This document shows, piece by piece, positions 44,301 through 52,621 of a stretch of 64,000 nt of DNA (the stretch's first letter is position 1; every line of letters begins with the position of its first letter). The notes beneath the pieces are model-generated. The model made no database searches. It worked only from the letters and a program-made list of their open reading frames with translations, and was not told the origin of the DNA. A program made the translations under genes and the position numbers. This DNA comes from an uncultured candidatus Brocadiaceae bacterium. Lineage in GTDB: Bacteria; Planctomycetota; UBA11346. The DNA lies in assembly GCA_964652775.1 (NCBI GenBank), contig CAZZAM010000014.1, positions 1,848-65,847 on the forward strand. The letters are read 5' to 3'.

Positions 44301-46346
44301 CGCAGACAGAATCTGTTCGGATTCGGAATCACGATCAAGCCGATCCAAGGCCCAGGCAAGCATGATGGCTGGTTGCGGAGATAGTTTCTTGGATTCGTTC
44401 CATTGCCAGCGCAGTAGTGCTATTGCCGCCGATTCTTCGCGGCAGAGTCGCGCAGCGTCGACGTAGGCATAGGCATGCTGATCTGCAGCTGGGTCCAGGC
44501 AGCGCGCCCAACGAAAGCAGCGCGCTCGCATGGCCGGTTCTTCTTCAAGATTGCCGAGTATGTGGTAGGTGCCTGCGTCCTGGCCGAGTCGACGCACGGC
44601 GCGTTTCGCCAGCGCCAGTGCCTCGGCATGATGACGACGATCGTAGGCGAGCCGTTGCGCGAGCTGTGCGGTCAGCGTCGGATCGGCATCGGCTGTGCGT
44701 CCTAATCGTTCGAGGAGTTCAAGGCGTTCACCGTGACGGTCGAGCGACCAGAGACAGCTGAGGACGGCCAAGGCAAGGCGCGCATCATTGGGAAATGCTG
44801 CGGCCTGGCGACGGGCGGCGGTAAGCCGAGTTTCATGATCGCCATCATAGGCGGCGATGCGTTGCTGTGCTTCTAACGTCAAAGGGTGATCGGGAGCCTG
44901 GCGTTCCATATCGGCAAGCGCTTGTGCACTGCGTAGTCGGTCGTGTTGTCCAAGTGATTCCAGCAGATTGAAGCGTAAATCCCAGAGTATTGCGTCGGTC
45001 AGGTCGAGGCCAAGTAACTCGTCGCGTCGAGCGTCGGGTGCGACGATGAGTCCACGCAGTGGTACTTGTTCATAGCGAGCGTACCATTCCTTCCAGGCAA
45101 CCTCTCGCCGATACCATGAACCGGGATCACGCAGAATGATGGTCCCCAATCCGCTATCATATCCAGCAACGGCCTGCAAATGCGCCGAGGCTGATTCGCG
45201 TGTAGTGACGGCAAATGGCAGTCCGCGATCAATCAACGCACAGAGCGTCTCCCAGGTGACCGTGAATTCACGGACAACCAAACCACGCTTCACGCACCAT
45301 GAGCGTTCCTTCCAGTCGGAAGTTCCGATCCACCAGATCGCGTCGCGGACTTCGTCCTGTCCGCCAGGTAGGCCATGAAAGGCCAGGAGCGAGGCGAGCG
45401 TCGCTGGCCCGCAGGTGGCGTGATCTTGTAGTACGATGGGCACCGCGAGTACACGTCGCTGCGATTGGTCGCTGGCAGCCATCAGGCGCTCATGCAACTT
45501 CGGATCGGCGTTGACGGATAAGGTACGTGCCCCGACGCGATCACCGCGCCGCCAGCGGTCTTGGGCGAGACGGCCAGCTATGGTTGGTCGAAGTTGGTCA
45601 TCTGCCAGCGGTGCAAGCGTCGGGCAGCGACTCGCAGCGGCGTCTGCCTCGTCCCAGAGTTCAAGCTCCGACGCCAGGTACAGGCGTTGCCAACACACCA
45701 TAAAACTCTGACCAGTTGCCTCATCGCCACGCCGGAGCCAAGTAAGTGCCTCATCGATGCGTCCAAGTCGAACTAATAAATCAGCGCCACTGAGGATCGC
45801 CGGTCGAAATCCTGGCCATTGCTGCAGCGTTTTTGCAAAACAAGCGAGTGCCTCGTCTGGTCGGCCTTGGGCGGTGAGCAAGCTTGGACGAATCGTGCTG
45901 AGCCACGGCTCATCGGGAATGGCAGTGTCGAGGGTGTCGACCAGTTCGGAAACGGCCGCGAGATCCCGCACCGAAAGCAGCAGTTCACAACGAAGCCCGC
46001 GCGCGCGGGCATCGTTGTCAGCCCAGCTTGCAGACAGTTCGCTAAGAGCTCGCCACGCCGCATCGGTTCCGCGGCGCGACCAAATCAGGCGGATGCGACC
46101 CTCGATCGCCACCGGATCATGGCGCTGCAAACGCCACATGCGCCAGACGAGTTGGTCATGACGCTTGCTGTCGCCAAGTTGGCGTACCAATAAGGCGCCC
46201 CAATACAGCGCCGTCGGATCGCTCCAAGATTCAGGCGCGGACCAGCGTTGACAGAAATCCCACGCATCAAGGAATCGTCCATCGCGATACAGGCGTTGCC
46301 CGGCCAGAACGTCTGAGCGGAGCGGTTCGTTGGTTGACTGCGCCAT
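41391..46346 (-). CDS. 1651-aa TPR/helical-repeat protein with an embedded C39-like (papain-fold) peptidase core
   Basis: Most of the length is helical-repeat sequence with TPR-like signatures (for example AWERSLRIDPGYAWSWRSLA, AYRRALAIDADSEYAL, AFRKAIAIEHDYRFA). Residues about 300-430 (nt about 45057-45449) read VLQDHATCGPATLASLLAFHGL..ASAHLQAVAGYDSGLGTIILRDP. This gives Gln/Cys...His...Asp in the order of peptidase C39-like domains. No TM or signal peptide seen. Confidence 0.7.
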   Translation of the reverse strand: MAQSTNEPLRSDVLAGQRLYRDGRFLDAWDFCQRWSAPESWSDPTALYWGALLVRQLGDSKRHDQLVWRMWRLQRHDPVAIEGRIRLIWSRRGTDAAWRALSELSASWADNDARARGLRCELLLSVRDLAAVSELVDTLDTAIPDEPWLSTIRPSLLTAQGRPDEALACFAKTLQQWPGFRPAILSGADLLVRLGRIDEALTWLRRGDEATGQSFMVCWQRLYLASELELWDEADAAASRCPTLAPLADDQLRPTIAGRLAQDRWRRGDRVGARTLSVNADPKLHERLMAASDQSQRRVLAVPIVLQDHATCGPATLASLLAFHGLPGGQDEVRDAIWWIGTSDWKERSWCVKRGLVVREFTVTWETLCALIDRGLPFAVTTRESASAHLQAVAGYDSGLGTIILRDPGSWYRREVAWKEWYARYEQVPLRGLIVAPDARRDELLGLDLTDAILWDLRFNLLESLGQHDRLRSAQALADMERQAPDHPLTLEAQQRIAAYDGDHETRLTAARRQAAAFPNDARLALAVLSCLWSLDRHGERLELLERLGRTADADPTLTAQLAQRLAYDRRHHAEALALAKRAVRRLGQDAGTYHILGNLEEEPAMRARCFRWARCLDPAADQHAYAYVDAARLCREESAAIALLRWQWNESKKLSPQPAIMLAWALDRLDRDSESEQILSAALTAAPDDGSLHMLLARRRAISDPDAARHHLTKADGRVHRGEWLRGAASIQEMLGERDESLRLLEEASASEPYAADLHRSIARLRADRDGPPAAVAVLREASKLLPWSRELAMAFSDWLRADDPIAAEQHADEQIRMRPDDAWWIRQRGFLRLSLAHINGALADAQRAQALADRDLGTWNLTGDVARARNDRVAAGAAYRRALAIDADSEYALHRWLDLHGDVHERHNILGAYHDELRRQVVMGDGLLAYRRFATGTVPPEELLSHLQQALAARPDLWHAWCATAAQLRDLGRGADALVLLDQCCKKFPLLPRARVELAQCLHQLGDRVGEMAALRHAIALSPSWGTPARQLAAALEANGQPAQALAELQRIIKQDPQDPLNYGWLADALAKSGKIAEACAAWERSLRIDPGYAWSWRSLAENEDRAGIPGRALELARDLAQRRPRDRAAQLALARLLDPIKQGEERLRCLRAALAIDAHHLESNDLLAEQLDRLGNTVEARLACNPPIFGGKPPVELRIRLALIESRMSGLDTGITMLRQLIGELPNAIDARRLLIDWLVELDRRDEALQETEALTRLMPTDAGAWARLGEAKAMHNNKQEAIEAFRKAIAIEHDYRFAQAWRLDLALDLRLHDEARATVAQLLQLAPGSWAQAWQVVTFARIGDRDAATQALTTLTHDPNCPFADMSRALQACDESGLTKQAWHIIDRACNSSAGVGLAGHWAIRISRKRARGFVDRLQTRRILDRIAALGTEAQRAALVHHLEVAAETVRGFDVTAAVKRFASVLRAATSSWGTVSYAYMRLDRAQDAVSWTSDWQERADAEPWMLWNAAESRRLIGLPTEALHIGQRALELAKTHPEDQTLPKHRRWVAFETALGGTAPDPLPALEKDADASAKIIHGLVQALTEVPEQRLTRWRHALTGHEYTLGSDVSLRSAAVRALELIVQPGPLAWMSKRWLRLSYRLGLF

Positions 46347-46424
46347 GTGGCATCACACTGAGGGTGATCGACGAGAGGGAATGCGGCGAGACGTAGACGG
46401 CCAACAGCAGATCCAGTTGCTCTC

Positions 46425-47285
46425 CTACTTCAAATAGCGAATCGCCACTACGCGATTGCCCTTCGCATTGTAGATCACCTTATCCATCAAATTTTTGATC
46501 AAGTGCACGCCGTAGCCGCCGAGGCGTTTGCCCTCGTTTTGCCGGCGTTCGATGTGGCCGATCGGATCGGCGCTGGGATCAGGTAAGCGACCAGGATCGA
46601 AGCCGGGGCCTTCGTCTTCAATGTAGACCATCACCTTGCCGGGCAGGATGCGGCAGCCAAAGACGACTTTTTTATTGGCGTCGAAGCGGTTGCCCCACTC
46701 GATCGCGTTGCGGCCAAATTCATCAAGGGCGAGGCGGACTTCGCTGGCGATCGGTTCCTGAATGCGGAAACGTTCGAGCAGGCCGAGAAACTTACGATAC
46801 TTGAACAGGATCGACTCGCTGGTCTGGCCAGTGACTTCGAACCAGCCCATGGGGTCATATTCAACTTTCATCGCTTCGCCGACCATCGGGCGATGCTGAA
46901 GGGCGTTCGCTGCCGAGGCGAGCAAATCGTCAATAGATACCGGTTTGACGAGAAAGTCGCAGGCACCACGTTTGAGGCAGCGCACGACAACGTCATCATG
47001 CCCGAGGGCCGTCAGCATGATGACCGCACCGGGATATTGTCGCTGATGTAATTCTTCAAGCAGTGCCTCGCCATCTAAGCGCGGCATGATGATGTCGCTG
47101 ATGATGAGATTGTAACGCGTTGGATGCTGAATCAGGCGATCAAGCGCATCGCGTCCATCGGGCGAGGTATCGACCGTGACATGGGGCCCGAGGTCGCGCA
47201 ACGTTTCGGCAAAATGATCACGCAGTGCTGGCTTATCCTCAACCACGAGGATCGTCGCTGGATTCTGCTGCTCGCTGTCGGTCAT
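46425..47285 (-). CDS. response-regulator receiver fused to an RsbW/SpoIIAB-like HATPase (anti-sigma-type Ser kinase) domain
   Basis: REC: ILVVEDKPALRD..LIISDIIMPRLDGEALL..LVKP. C-terminal HATPase_c_2-like: LALDEFGRNAIEWGN, VYIEDEGPGFDP, GGYGVHLIKNLMDKV. Confidence 0.75.
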   Translation of the reverse strand: MTDSEQQNPATILVVEDKPALRDHFAETLRDLGPHVTVDTSPDGRDALDRLIQHPTRYNLIISDIIMPRLDGEALLEELHQRQYPGAVIMLTALGHDDVVVRCLKRGACDFLVKPVSIDDLLASAANALQHRPMVGEAMKVEYDPMGWFEVTGQTSESILFKYRKFLGLLERFRIQEPIASEVRLALDEFGRNAIEWGNRFDANKKVVFGCRILPGKVMVYIEDEGPGFDPGRLPDPSADPIGHIERRQNEGKRLGGYGVHLIKNLMDKVIYNAKGNRVVAIRYLK

Positions 47286-47382
47286 GCCGCCCTCTGGCGG
47301 GATGGTGTCGGCCCGGCGACGGGTTCCAAGGGTGGAGTGCAGATCGTGGGTACCGGAAAAGGACTGGGCTGGGCATGGCTAC

Positions 47383-47530
47383 GAAATGCTGGAATGCTGG
47401 AATGTTGGAATGCTGGAATGGAGAGACTAAGGAGGCCTAGACTTGCACGCTGTTGCTGGGACTTGAACGAGTTTGGGATTACTCAAGCGTGGTAACGCTC
47501 AGTTTCCAGCATTCCAGCATTTGGCATTCG
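47383..47530. repeat. hairpin element F (GGAATGCT-arm family)
   Basis: The left arm carries tandem ggaatgct/ggaatgtt units (47383-47421). The right arm is ccagcattccagcatttggcattcg (47506-47530). There is a perfect 15-bp complement between 47386-47400 and 47506-47520. It lies 13 nt after the xer stop. Confidence 0.8.
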
Positions 47531-47543
47531 TGGCTTCCCTCAC

Positions 47544-48446
47544 TCACGCCCGCGGATGAAACTTCCGATGAATATCCCGCAGTCGTGACGCATCGACGTG
47601 GGTGTAGCGTTCCGTGGTGGTAAGGCTCGCGTGCCCAAGCAGGGCCTGCACGGTGCGTAAATCCGCTCCGCCTTGCAGCAGGTGGGTCGCGAAGCTATGG
47701 CGCAGTAAATGCGGCCAGACCGGCTTAGTGATCCCAGCGAGCTGTGCCGCATCGTGGACGAGCTTCCACAGGCCTTGGCGATGCCACGGGCGACCACGCG
47801 GAGAGAGCAGCAGTGGCTCGACGCGTCCAGCGGGGTCAAGCGTATGGCGCAGGCCATCGCGATACGCCTTCACGGCGCGTCGGCAGCGCTCGCCAATTGG
47901 AACCAGTCGCTCTTTGCCGCCTTTGCCGCGCAGGAGTGCCAAACGGCCTTTCTCTTTTAGGTCGGTGCAGCCAAGAGTGATGACTTCTGTGGCCCGACCA
48001 CCGAGGGCATAGAGCAGTTCAAGAGCGGCCTTGTCACGTGGACGCATGGGTCCATCAGGTGGGCTGGCAAGCAGACGATCAACTTCATCAGGGCTGAGGA
48101 TGTCCGGAACCGTTTGCCAGATTCTTGGTGCTGGGGTGAGGTGAATGCGATCACGGACGAGTGCGCCCTCTTCGACCAGAAAGCGCGACCACATGCGCCA
48201 TGCAACCAAGCTTTGTGCCAGGGTGGCTGGTCCGAGGTTACGGTGATCACGCAACCAGCCGAGACAGCTGGCGATCTCATCGGGGCCGAGTGCGTCTGGT
48301 GTTGCTAGGCCAAGCGCCTGCATGGCGTCATGCAGATGACGGAGCGCGGTCCGGTAATCACGCACGGTGTTTGCCGACAAGGCGAGTGCGAGACGAACGT
48401 GATCAAGAAAGCGGTCCGCCAATAATGGCAGAGCAGCGTCCTTCAT
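47544..48446 (-). CDS. tyrosine recombinase, XerC/XerD family
   Basis: ORF call 47544..48881 trimmed to ATG 48446 (MKDAALPLLADRFLDHVRLALALSANTVRDYRTAL), giving 300 aa. Catalytic signature: GGRATEV (Arg), HLLRHSFATHLL (HxxR), LLGHASLTTTERYTHV (His..Tyr). Confidence 0.85.
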   Translation of the reverse strand: MKDAALPLLADRFLDHVRLALALSANTVRDYRTALRHLHDAMQALGLATPDALGPDEIASCLGWLRDHRNLGPATLAQSLVAWRMWSRFLVEEGALVRDRIHLTPAPRIWQTVPDILSPDEVDRLLASPPDGPMRPRDKAALELLYALGGRATEVITLGCTDLKEKGRLALLRGKGGKERLVPIGERCRRAVKAYRDGLRHTLDPAGRVEPLLLSPRGRPWHRQGLWKLVHDAAQLAGITKPVWPHLLRHSFATHLLQGGADLRTVQALLGHASLTTTERYTHVDASRLRDIHRKFHPRA

Positions 48447-48489
48447 GCTGAATGCCACAATCCGGAATTCCGGGCAGCACGAGTGAAAT

Positions 48490-51042
48490 TCATGCGCGTT
48501 TAGCAGCGCGAGTGAGGATGCCTGCCAGGTGGCTGGCTCGTGGTGGCGATGGCACCCAGGCATCGAACCCAGGCGGGGCGGCCTGTTCAGCTCCACCGGC
48601 GAGAACGAGTGCAGCAGTTGAGCGGTGACGCCGGAGCTCGGCAGCGATCTTGAGCGCGCCGTGCGGTGGCAGGTCGGCAGCCAGGATGATGGCAGCATAG
48701 GCGACACGTTCTGCTGCAGCGATGCATTCTTCGGAGTCGGCAGCCATATCGACGCGACAGCCAAGGTCAGTGAGCATGGTTGACAGTACCCGAAGATTGC
48801 CCAGTCGGGCGTCAGCGATGAGTACCTGCAATCCATCGAAGCGGCGAGAGAACATGCCGGTACCAGCATGGCGTCGGGCACCGAGGAGCGTTGAACAGAG
48901 ATTGCGGACCTGACGTCGGCGTATCGGTTTGCTGGAGTAGGCGATGCCCAATTGATCAGTCGGATGCAGACGGACGAAGCTGGTCAACAAGAGCAGCGGA
49001 ACTTCGGTGAATGCGGGAATGGCGCGGAAGACACGTGCGATCTCGGTGGGATCATCGTCCACTCCGGCGGCATCAAGAATGGCCAATTCGGGACTGGCCT
49101 CACCAAGGATGGCTTGCGCTTCGTCAAGATCAGGAACGGCGACAACGTCACTTCCGCATTCAGCAAGGATGGAAGCAGTGACTGATCGAGCACTGTCGTG
49201 ATCATCGATGATCAGCACCAGACGTCCGGTCAGCTCAGCCTGGAAGGGCGACGAACTGGTGGCGTCTTCACGCTCCAAGGTTAATTCGGCTGCGAATTCG
49301 CTGCCTTGATCGACCGCGCTGGACACCGAGATGCGTCCTCCCATGGCTTCGATGAGGCGCTTGCTGATCGCGAGGCCGAGTCCCGTGCCGCCAAAGCGAC
49401 GGCTGATCGAATTGTCGGCCTGGGAGAACGGCTTGAACAACGTTTTTAATTGGTCGGGATTAACGCCGATGCCCGTGTCGCGTACGGCAACCCGGACCAG
49501 CGGGCGTTGGGGATGATCGCGAACCAGACGAACGGTGACGAAGATCTCGCCGCGTTCGGTGAACTTCACCGCGTTCGATACGAGGTTCAGCAGCAACTGG
49601 CGCAGTCGCGACGGATCACCACGCAGACGTTCGCCCAGTCGGGGATCGACCTCGCCAACCAATTCGAGATTCTTGGCATGGGCGCGATCGGCGATGACCT
49701 GTAGCACTTCTTCCAGCAAATCGCGGGGATCAAAGGGCAGATTCTCCAAGGCAACCTTGCCGGCTTCGAGCTTCGAGTAGTCGAGGATGTCGTTAATGAT
49801 CTCCAGCAAACCCATGGCGCAGGAGCGTGAGGTTTCGGCGAAGTCGCGCTGTTGAGGATCAAGGTCACTGTCAAGCAGCAGGGTTGTCATACCGATCACA
49901 CCGTTGAGCGGCGTGCGCAGTTCGTGACTCATGACGGCCAGGAATTCATCTTTGGCTGCTGCCGCCTCCTTGGCTTGGGCCAGGGTCCGGCTGAGATCGA
50001 CTTGGGCATTGCGCAGATCAGCGGTCATGCGCTCGGCAAGACGGCGCGCGCGCTGCTGGCGATTCTGAAACTGGTATCGGAGGAGCAGACCCAGGAGACC
50101 AAGTCCAAGCGTACAGCCAGCCAGCAACCAGGGGACGGTTCTCACCCAGCCCGGTGTATTGGACGCGTAGGTCACGCGGAGGGTCCAGGGTCTGCCGCCA
50201 ATGGCGCACGGCACGTCTATTCTGGGTCCAGTAGATTCGAATTTTGTGGCAGTAGATGCAAGTAGAGACTGTGGCGAGGGAGCGCCATCATAGACCTCAA
50301 GACCGCTGATCTCGGTGGTTATCGATACGACGTTGTTGAGTAACCGTGGCACTTCGATCAGCGTGAATACGACGCCGGCCATCGTTCCGAGACGATCATG
50401 CGGATTCCCTGGTTGAATTCCACTTTCGTAAATGGGCATTACGAGAAGCACAGAGCCAGCCCGCGAACCGGTTTGCAGCTGATCCGTGACCGCGTCTTGT
50501 CCGGTGGCCACTGCGGTGGTCAATGTAGTAGTGAAAGAGGGAATTCCGCTCAGGTCGAGGCCAGTAAACACATGTGCGAGATTCGCGGGGTGAGCATATT
50601 GGACGGGATAGGCTATGGGGTCTGTACCTTCACCATGGATGGCGAAATCCTCGCGATTCACTCGTTGTTCCTGAGCAACAAACTCGGAAAGCTTCGGTCG
50701 CGGTACCCTGGGTGCCCAGCCGATTCCGGTCAGAGAATGTACCGGCCAGTCGGACAGTGCAGAGGCGAAGGCGTCCCACGTTGCGGGGCTGATATCCAGG
50801 TGCGCGTTGAAGAGACCGCGTGTGCTGCGCAATAACTGGGTGTAGATTTGAAAGCGGCGCTCGAAGGTGCGACTGACGCGATCGGCGGCCGTATTAAAAC
50901 GATCTTGCTCAATGTTTTCCGCTTGATGGAGCGCGATGAGCAACACCGCGACCGGCAACAGCACAAGCGCCACCAACCAGATCACGACACTGGTCAGCGG
51001 GCGCTTGGCGAGACTAAGCCGAATGACTGAGGTGTCGCCCAT
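48490..51042 (-). CDS. hybrid sensor histidine kinase with periplasmic CHASE domain and two C-terminal receiver-like domains
   Basis: TM helix, then CHASE-like GIGWAPRVPRPKLSEFVAQEQ..YPVQYAHP..GLDL..LVMPIY, then a second TM. HisKA: FLAVMSHELRTPLNGVIG. HATPase: LLLNLVSNAVKFT, VRDTGIG, GGTGLGLAISKRL. Then LVLIIDDHDSARSV.. and LQVLIADARLGNLRVL.. REC-like segments. Confidence 0.85.
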   Translation of the reverse strand: MGDTSVIRLSLAKRPLTSVVIWLVALVLLPVAVLLIALHQAENIEQDRFNTAADRVSRTFERRFQIYTQLLRSTRGLFNAHLDISPATWDAFASALSDWPVHSLTGIGWAPRVPRPKLSEFVAQEQRVNREDFAIHGEGTDPIAYPVQYAHPANLAHVFTGLDLSGIPSFTTTLTTAVATGQDAVTDQLQTGSRAGSVLLVMPIYESGIQPGNPHDRLGTMAGVVFTLIEVPRLLNNVVSITTEISGLEVYDGAPSPQSLLASTATKFESTGPRIDVPCAIGGRPWTLRVTYASNTPGWVRTVPWLLAGCTLGLGLLGLLLRYQFQNRQQRARRLAERMTADLRNAQVDLSRTLAQAKEAAAAKDEFLAVMSHELRTPLNGVIGMTTLLLDSDLDPQQRDFAETSRSCAMGLLEIINDILDYSKLEAGKVALENLPFDPRDLLEEVLQVIADRAHAKNLELVGEVDPRLGERLRGDPSRLRQLLLNLVSNAVKFTERGEIFVTVRLVRDHPQRPLVRVAVRDTGIGVNPDQLKTLFKPFSQADNSISRRFGGTGLGLAISKRLIEAMGGRISVSSAVDQGSEFAAELTLEREDATSSSPFQAELTGRLVLIIDDHDSARSVTASILAECGSDVVAVPDLDEAQAILGEASPELAILDAAGVDDDPTEIARVFRAIPAFTEVPLLLLTSFVRLHPTDQLGIAYSSKPIRRRQVRNLCSTLLGARRHAGTGMFSRRFDGLQVLIADARLGNLRVLSTMLTDLGCRVDMAADSEECIAAAERVAYAAIILAADLPPHGALKIAAELRRHRSTAALVLAGGAEQAAPPGFDAWVPSPPRASHLAGILTRAAKRA

Positions 51043-51059
51043 GGATCAGGATGCGTCGG

Positions 51060-51548
51060 TCAAGCGCGACCAAACCAGAGGTCGGATGACTTGAGATCGG
51101 CGATGCCGGCCGCCTTGGCCTGAAGGAACAACTGCATGCGGTAGCCGATGCACATCGTGAGCGTGCCCTGAAACAGCGATTGGGCCAGCGGGAGTGTCCC
51201 CTTGCCGCCCATCTGCTTGACCCGCTTCAGCGCGAAGTCGCGTTCAGACAGCGATTTCAGCTGCTTGGTGATGGCCTTTTCCTGCTTCTTGAGCGCGGCG
51301 GCGAAGTTGCGCAGGGTCACTTTCTTGGAACTGGCTTCGAGCTTGTCCCAGTGGTCCCATGAGCCGGTCACATGGTAGCCGACGCCAGCTTGGGCATTGA
51401 TCGTCAGGTACTGCAGCAGATCGAGCGTCGAACGCTGCGGCTTGGTGAAGCGGAACTTCAGGTGCTTGGGGCGCAGGCGTCCGGCGAGGTGGGTGAGGAT
51501 GGCACTCTCGCGCTTGAGTGCGGCGAGGAATTCGGTCTTGGTCAGCAT
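51060..51548 (-). CDS. hypothetical protein (162 aa), possibly a DinB-like four-helix bundle
   Basis: ORF call 51060..51668 trimmed to ATG 51548 (MLTKTEFLAALKRE) because the first 40 codons read through repeat G. The family call is weak. Confidence 0.5.
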   Translation of the reverse strand: MLTKTEFLAALKRESAILTHLAGRLRPKHLKFRFTKPQRSTLDLLQYLTINAQAGVGYHVTGSWDHWDKLEASSKKVTLRNFAAALKKQEKAITKQLKSLSERDFALKRVKQMGGKGTLPLAQSLFQGTLTMCIGYRMQLFLQAKAAGIADLKSSDLWFGRA

Positions 51549-51606
51549 GGTCAATCTCCGGGCGCGGGTGTATGGCGCAGGGTGGGTGGGCGCAATGGGG
51601 AGGAGG

Positions 51607-51767
51607 GGAATGCTGGAATGCTGGAATGCTGGAATGCTCGAATGTTCGAACGATGTGATCAGGCGCATTGGTCGAGATCTCGTCTTAAGTTCCGCAACCC
51701 GGGTCTGGATCGTTGTCCTCTCTCCATTCTAGCATTCCAGCATTCCAGCATTCCAGCATTTGGCATT
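51607..51767. repeat. hairpin element G (GGAATGCT-arm family)
   Basis: (ggaatgct)x4 at 51607-51638 is perfectly complementary over 30 nt (51609-51638) to (agcattcc)x3agcatt at 51731-51760. The right end, agcatttggcatt, is shared with element F. It lies 11 nt after the methyltransferase-like gene stop. Confidence 0.9.
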
Positions 51768-51778
51768 TCTGTTATCAC

Positions 51779-52621
51779 TTAACCTCTCCACGGGCGATGT
51801 AGTCGACCCAACCGCGTGATGATCTCGCGGGCGCGCAGAACTGCTGGGTGATCGCTGTCGGCGAATGGTGGCGGTTGATTGGGGTCGGGTTCAGGAATAG
51901 TGCCTGTTCCCACAATCACATTGCCGGTGAACGAGCCGTCGTAGTCGCGTACCGGTAGCAGGGTCTTGGCTGGCCAACCACAGTCGGCTAGCAATTCGGC
52001 ACAAGTATGAGCGGCGGTCAGCAGGACGTCGTCGATTTCGAGGACGTTGACCCACAACTCGGCGCAGTGGCCATGCAGCGCATTCAGCAATTCGCTGGGA
52101 TAATAACTGCTTGGGCCGGTGCGAAAGGCGTCGAGCAGTCCAAGTGACCACTGATCACCACGGTGCAGCCAAGCGTATTCAAGAATATCCTGCTGTACGA
52201 TGTCGATGCGGCCGCTGTGCACCGCATCGGTCAACGCTGGGAAATGGGCGAGGGCGAGGGTGATCACCGCCGGATCAATCTCCACGATGGTTACGCGCAC
52301 ATCTGGCAGGGAGGTGGTCAACGCTACCGCTCCGGCGCCACAGCCGAGCCCAGCCATGAGGATGGATCCGCGCGGCTGTCGTCGGGCCGGCAATAGCCAG
52401 GCTAGGTGGTACGGTGGATCGGGGATTGGACCTGGTTGTGCGCCAGCTGAAGTCCCTGGGGCAAGACGATAAGCGCCCTGACACAGGCAGCCGCACCAGA
52501 ACGAACGGATGCCATCGTGATCGCGCACTTCCAGGCGACCAAACATACCAGTGGCATGGGCGACAAGGACTCCGGCTGGCTCATCAAAAACCATGGGATT
52601 ACCGTGCGATCTGGTGGTCAC
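51779..52621 (-). CDS. spermidine-synthase-like class I SAM-dependent methyltransferase-fold protein
   Basis: ILMAGLGCGAGAVAL (motif I, GxGxG), VTIVEIDPAVITLA (acidic loop) and DIVQQD fit the spermine/spermidine synthase family. Either it overlaps the upstream gene by 23 bp, or it starts at ATG 52594. Confidence 0.6.
   Translation of the reverse strand: MTTRSHGNPMVFDEPAGVLVAHATGMFGRLEVRDHDGIRSFWCGCLCQGAYRLAPGTSAGAQPGPIPDPPYHLAWLLPARRQPRGSILMAGLGCGAGAVALTTSLPDVRVTIVEIDPAVITLALAHFPALTDAVHSGRIDIVQQDILEYAWLHRGDQWSLGLLDAFRTGPSSYYPSELLNALHGHCAELWVNVLEIDDVLLTAAHTCAELLADCGWPAKTLLPVRDYDGSFTGNVIVGTGTIPEPDPNQPPPFADSDHPAVLRAREIITRLGRLHRPWRG

Noticed and set aside
47383-47421. Tandem 7-8-mers (GGAATGCT, GCAGAGGC, GTTCGCG) considered as CRISPR-like or minisatellite arrays.
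   Set aside because: Units are only 7-8 nt with no spacers, and arrays are 3-5 units long. Each array is matched by an inverted array 36-99 nt away. No cas genes are present. They are the arms of inverted repeats, not CRISPR.
47544-48446. Xer-type recombinase as a marker of an integrated mobile element or prophage.
   Set aside because: No phage, transposase, tRNA or direct-repeat boundaries are nearby. The neighbours are signalling genes of normal GC, and the protein looks like a chromosomal dimer-resolution XerC/D.
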